Below, piece after piece: positions 61,869 through 64,000 of a stretch of 64,000 bases of DNA. The number at the start of each line of letters is the position of its first letter. Positions within the stretch are counted from its first letter, which is position 1. A model generated the notes under the pieces. It was not told where the DNA came from. It did not search any database and worked only from the letters and a program-made list of their open reading frames with translations. A program made the translations under genes and the position numbers. The DNA is from Camelus dromedarius (Eukaryota), in contig NC_087469.1 in the NCBI RefSeq assembly GCF_036321535.1, positions 9,734,001 through 9,798,000 on the forward strand, read 5' to 3'.

Positions 61869-64000
61869 CTCCTTGCTCTCTTGGGGGAAGGAGGGAACTC
61901 ATATTCAGGTCTGGACATGGAGATGCTTTCCTGACCCCTAGATTGAACCATGAGCCCCAGGAGAGTTAGTGTTCTAGTCTCCAACTCTGTCTCTTATATT
62001 TTCCAGAAGCTTCTGTTCTTGGTCTCCTTGGAAACTTAGGCAAGGCTGGGGCCAGTGGGAAGGCTGGAGCTGTTTCTCTCTACCAGTCAGGCCCTAAGTA
62101 CATAAATCATTCTTCTCAATCCTCTTTTGGAAAAAATAAATCTCAATACCTGGTCCCTACCCTCTTCCCATCATCCTTACCCTGTTTCTTCCTTTCTGTG
62201 AGACCTTCTCTTGCCTCTGTTGTGACTCCCTGTGGTGTGACCCACTCATGAGGAGGGGCAGAGAAGAGGTCCAACCAGCTAGGAGCCTGAGGAGGAGACT
62301 AGGGTCTGGGAGCCAATCCAGAGTGGCAAATTTCTGTTGAGGGCAGGATTGAGAACTGGGAGGTTGGGTTTCCGCAGGCCGTGTGTTGTCCAGGCAACTG
62401 GGAAACATGGACTTCATAGGAAGGTAGAATGTGCTATATATAAAGCTTAAAACACCAAGGTCCCAGATGGCCAATTCTCTCCTTGTCCCCAAATCCTAAG
62501 TGTAGTTTGAGGAGAAAGGGCTTTGGTGCTGATTAGCTATGATTCACTTCCATGTAGCACTGCCTACAATTTGGAGACTTACAAATTACAGACCTACATA
62601 TCTGAAATAATGCTGTTGTGCAGAGGGAAAGGACTGACTTCAGACATTTTGGGCAATTTACATTCCAAAGTCTCATCAGCAAAATGACATTATTAGGCTT
62701 AACACTGAAGATCCCATACAAGAAGGTGTATGAGGGAAAGAAATGCAGGAGAAGGTGGTCAAGAGAGTTTCCCATTTTGGAGAAATAAGGGTGACACAAG
62801 GCAGAGGCAAACCCTGGACCCCAGGGTCTTGACATAGAGAGATGCAAATGGAGAAGAAAGGGCACTGGTTGGAGAAAATTTCTGAGCTCTAGTCCCCCTA
62901 CTCTGGCTATGGAAGCTTGGGCAAGCCATTTAACCTTGCTCAGCCTCAGTTTCCCGGTCTTTAAATCTTTGATTTTGTAAATCTTGAAAGGCCTGCATTT
63001 TCACCGAGTATGTACAGGGCTGTCTTCTCTCATGGTGGCTTAGTGTATTGTCTCTCCTCCCCTGTTCACATACGTGGTTGACTTTCAGACAGGGGGCTGA
63101 GGGAAAACCTTGCTTGGCTCCCTGTACTATTGGGTGGCTGGGGCTCCCTCTAGTGGCCTTGCTTGACCTTCTCTGGAGCCTCCTAAATTATTTATCGAGC
63201 AATGCTGGGGGTGCCTCCCACATAGGGATACTTCCTAGCATCTTGCTGGAGTAGTTAGGAAAATAAATTTGGGGAAGGGAGAATTATGGGTGGCTTGCTC
63301 TTGTCAGGAAGCATCGCCCTCACCCCCCTCCCCATCCAGCCCTGTGCTTTTGGGAGTCTTGTCCACCTGGATCTCTGGACACCATCCTGGCTAGAATGAA
63401 AACAGAAGACATGTCAGGGCTTTCCCCTTGTGCTTTAAAGGAACTGAAGATTCTTTCTTTAGCTATTTCTCTTTATCTCTGTCCCTCTCAACATTTTTGG
63501 TCAATTGCCTGTTGTCTGGAACAGTTCTGAAGAAATAGCCATGAGATCTGGGGGGAAAAAACCCTTCCTCTGAGGAGCAGGCAGATTCAGATAGAGGCTG
63601 ATTCTGACGTTTATTTGTCATCCTTGTGGCTGCAGGGTACTTCTCTGACCTCAGGGACATTTTACAGAGTAAAGAGAAGAAACAGCTTTGTCTTTCCAGG
63701 TACTTACAGTTCCCGGACTTCAGTGTCAGATAACCTGTGCACATCTCCCAAATCTAGAGGAGATTTTTCTTATCTTGAAGCATGTTTTTCATTGATCCCT
63801 CCCACTCCCAACCCTCTGTCCCTGCCTAGGAATGCAATAGAGGTTCCTGTCCTGGTCCTTCTCATCTAGAAGCCTGTTTGGGGAATTTTCTATGGAACGA
63901 TCAGTGTCTCTGTTATGCTGATGCCTAGAGTGACATATTGAGGACAGAGATTACAGAGTACAAACAACATATCAGAAGAGCTTTACTTTTCAAATATGTT

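Overview
Mammalian genomic DNA, most likely a camelid (alpaca/llama/camel), judged from two tRNA-Ala-derived SINEs and an L1 3' end of camelid type. It is syntenic to human 11q23.3. Gene order: 3' end of C2CD2L (+), HINFP (+), ABCG4 (+), NLRX1 (+), PDZD3/NHERF4 (+), CCDC153/DRC12 (-). Every exon I could see was placed by GT-AG junctions with consistent phases. Three N gaps are present, two of them hiding ABCG4 coding sequence. Introns and intergenic DNA hold ERV LTRs, SINEs, L1, L2, MIR and MER-type fossils. I found no wholly new biological system. Best leads: (1) a +1 frameshift in a C-run that truncates the conserved HINFP C-terminus (real or assembly error); (2) a 1238-bp composite ERV with mismatched ends, inserted as one unit into an L2 in an NLRX1 intron; (3) loss of the human long PDZD3 isoform; (4) a G-run splice acceptor in ABCG4; (5) a candidate alternative last exon of C2CD2L. 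Comparisons with human proteins and repeat-family names are from memory and need alignment checks.
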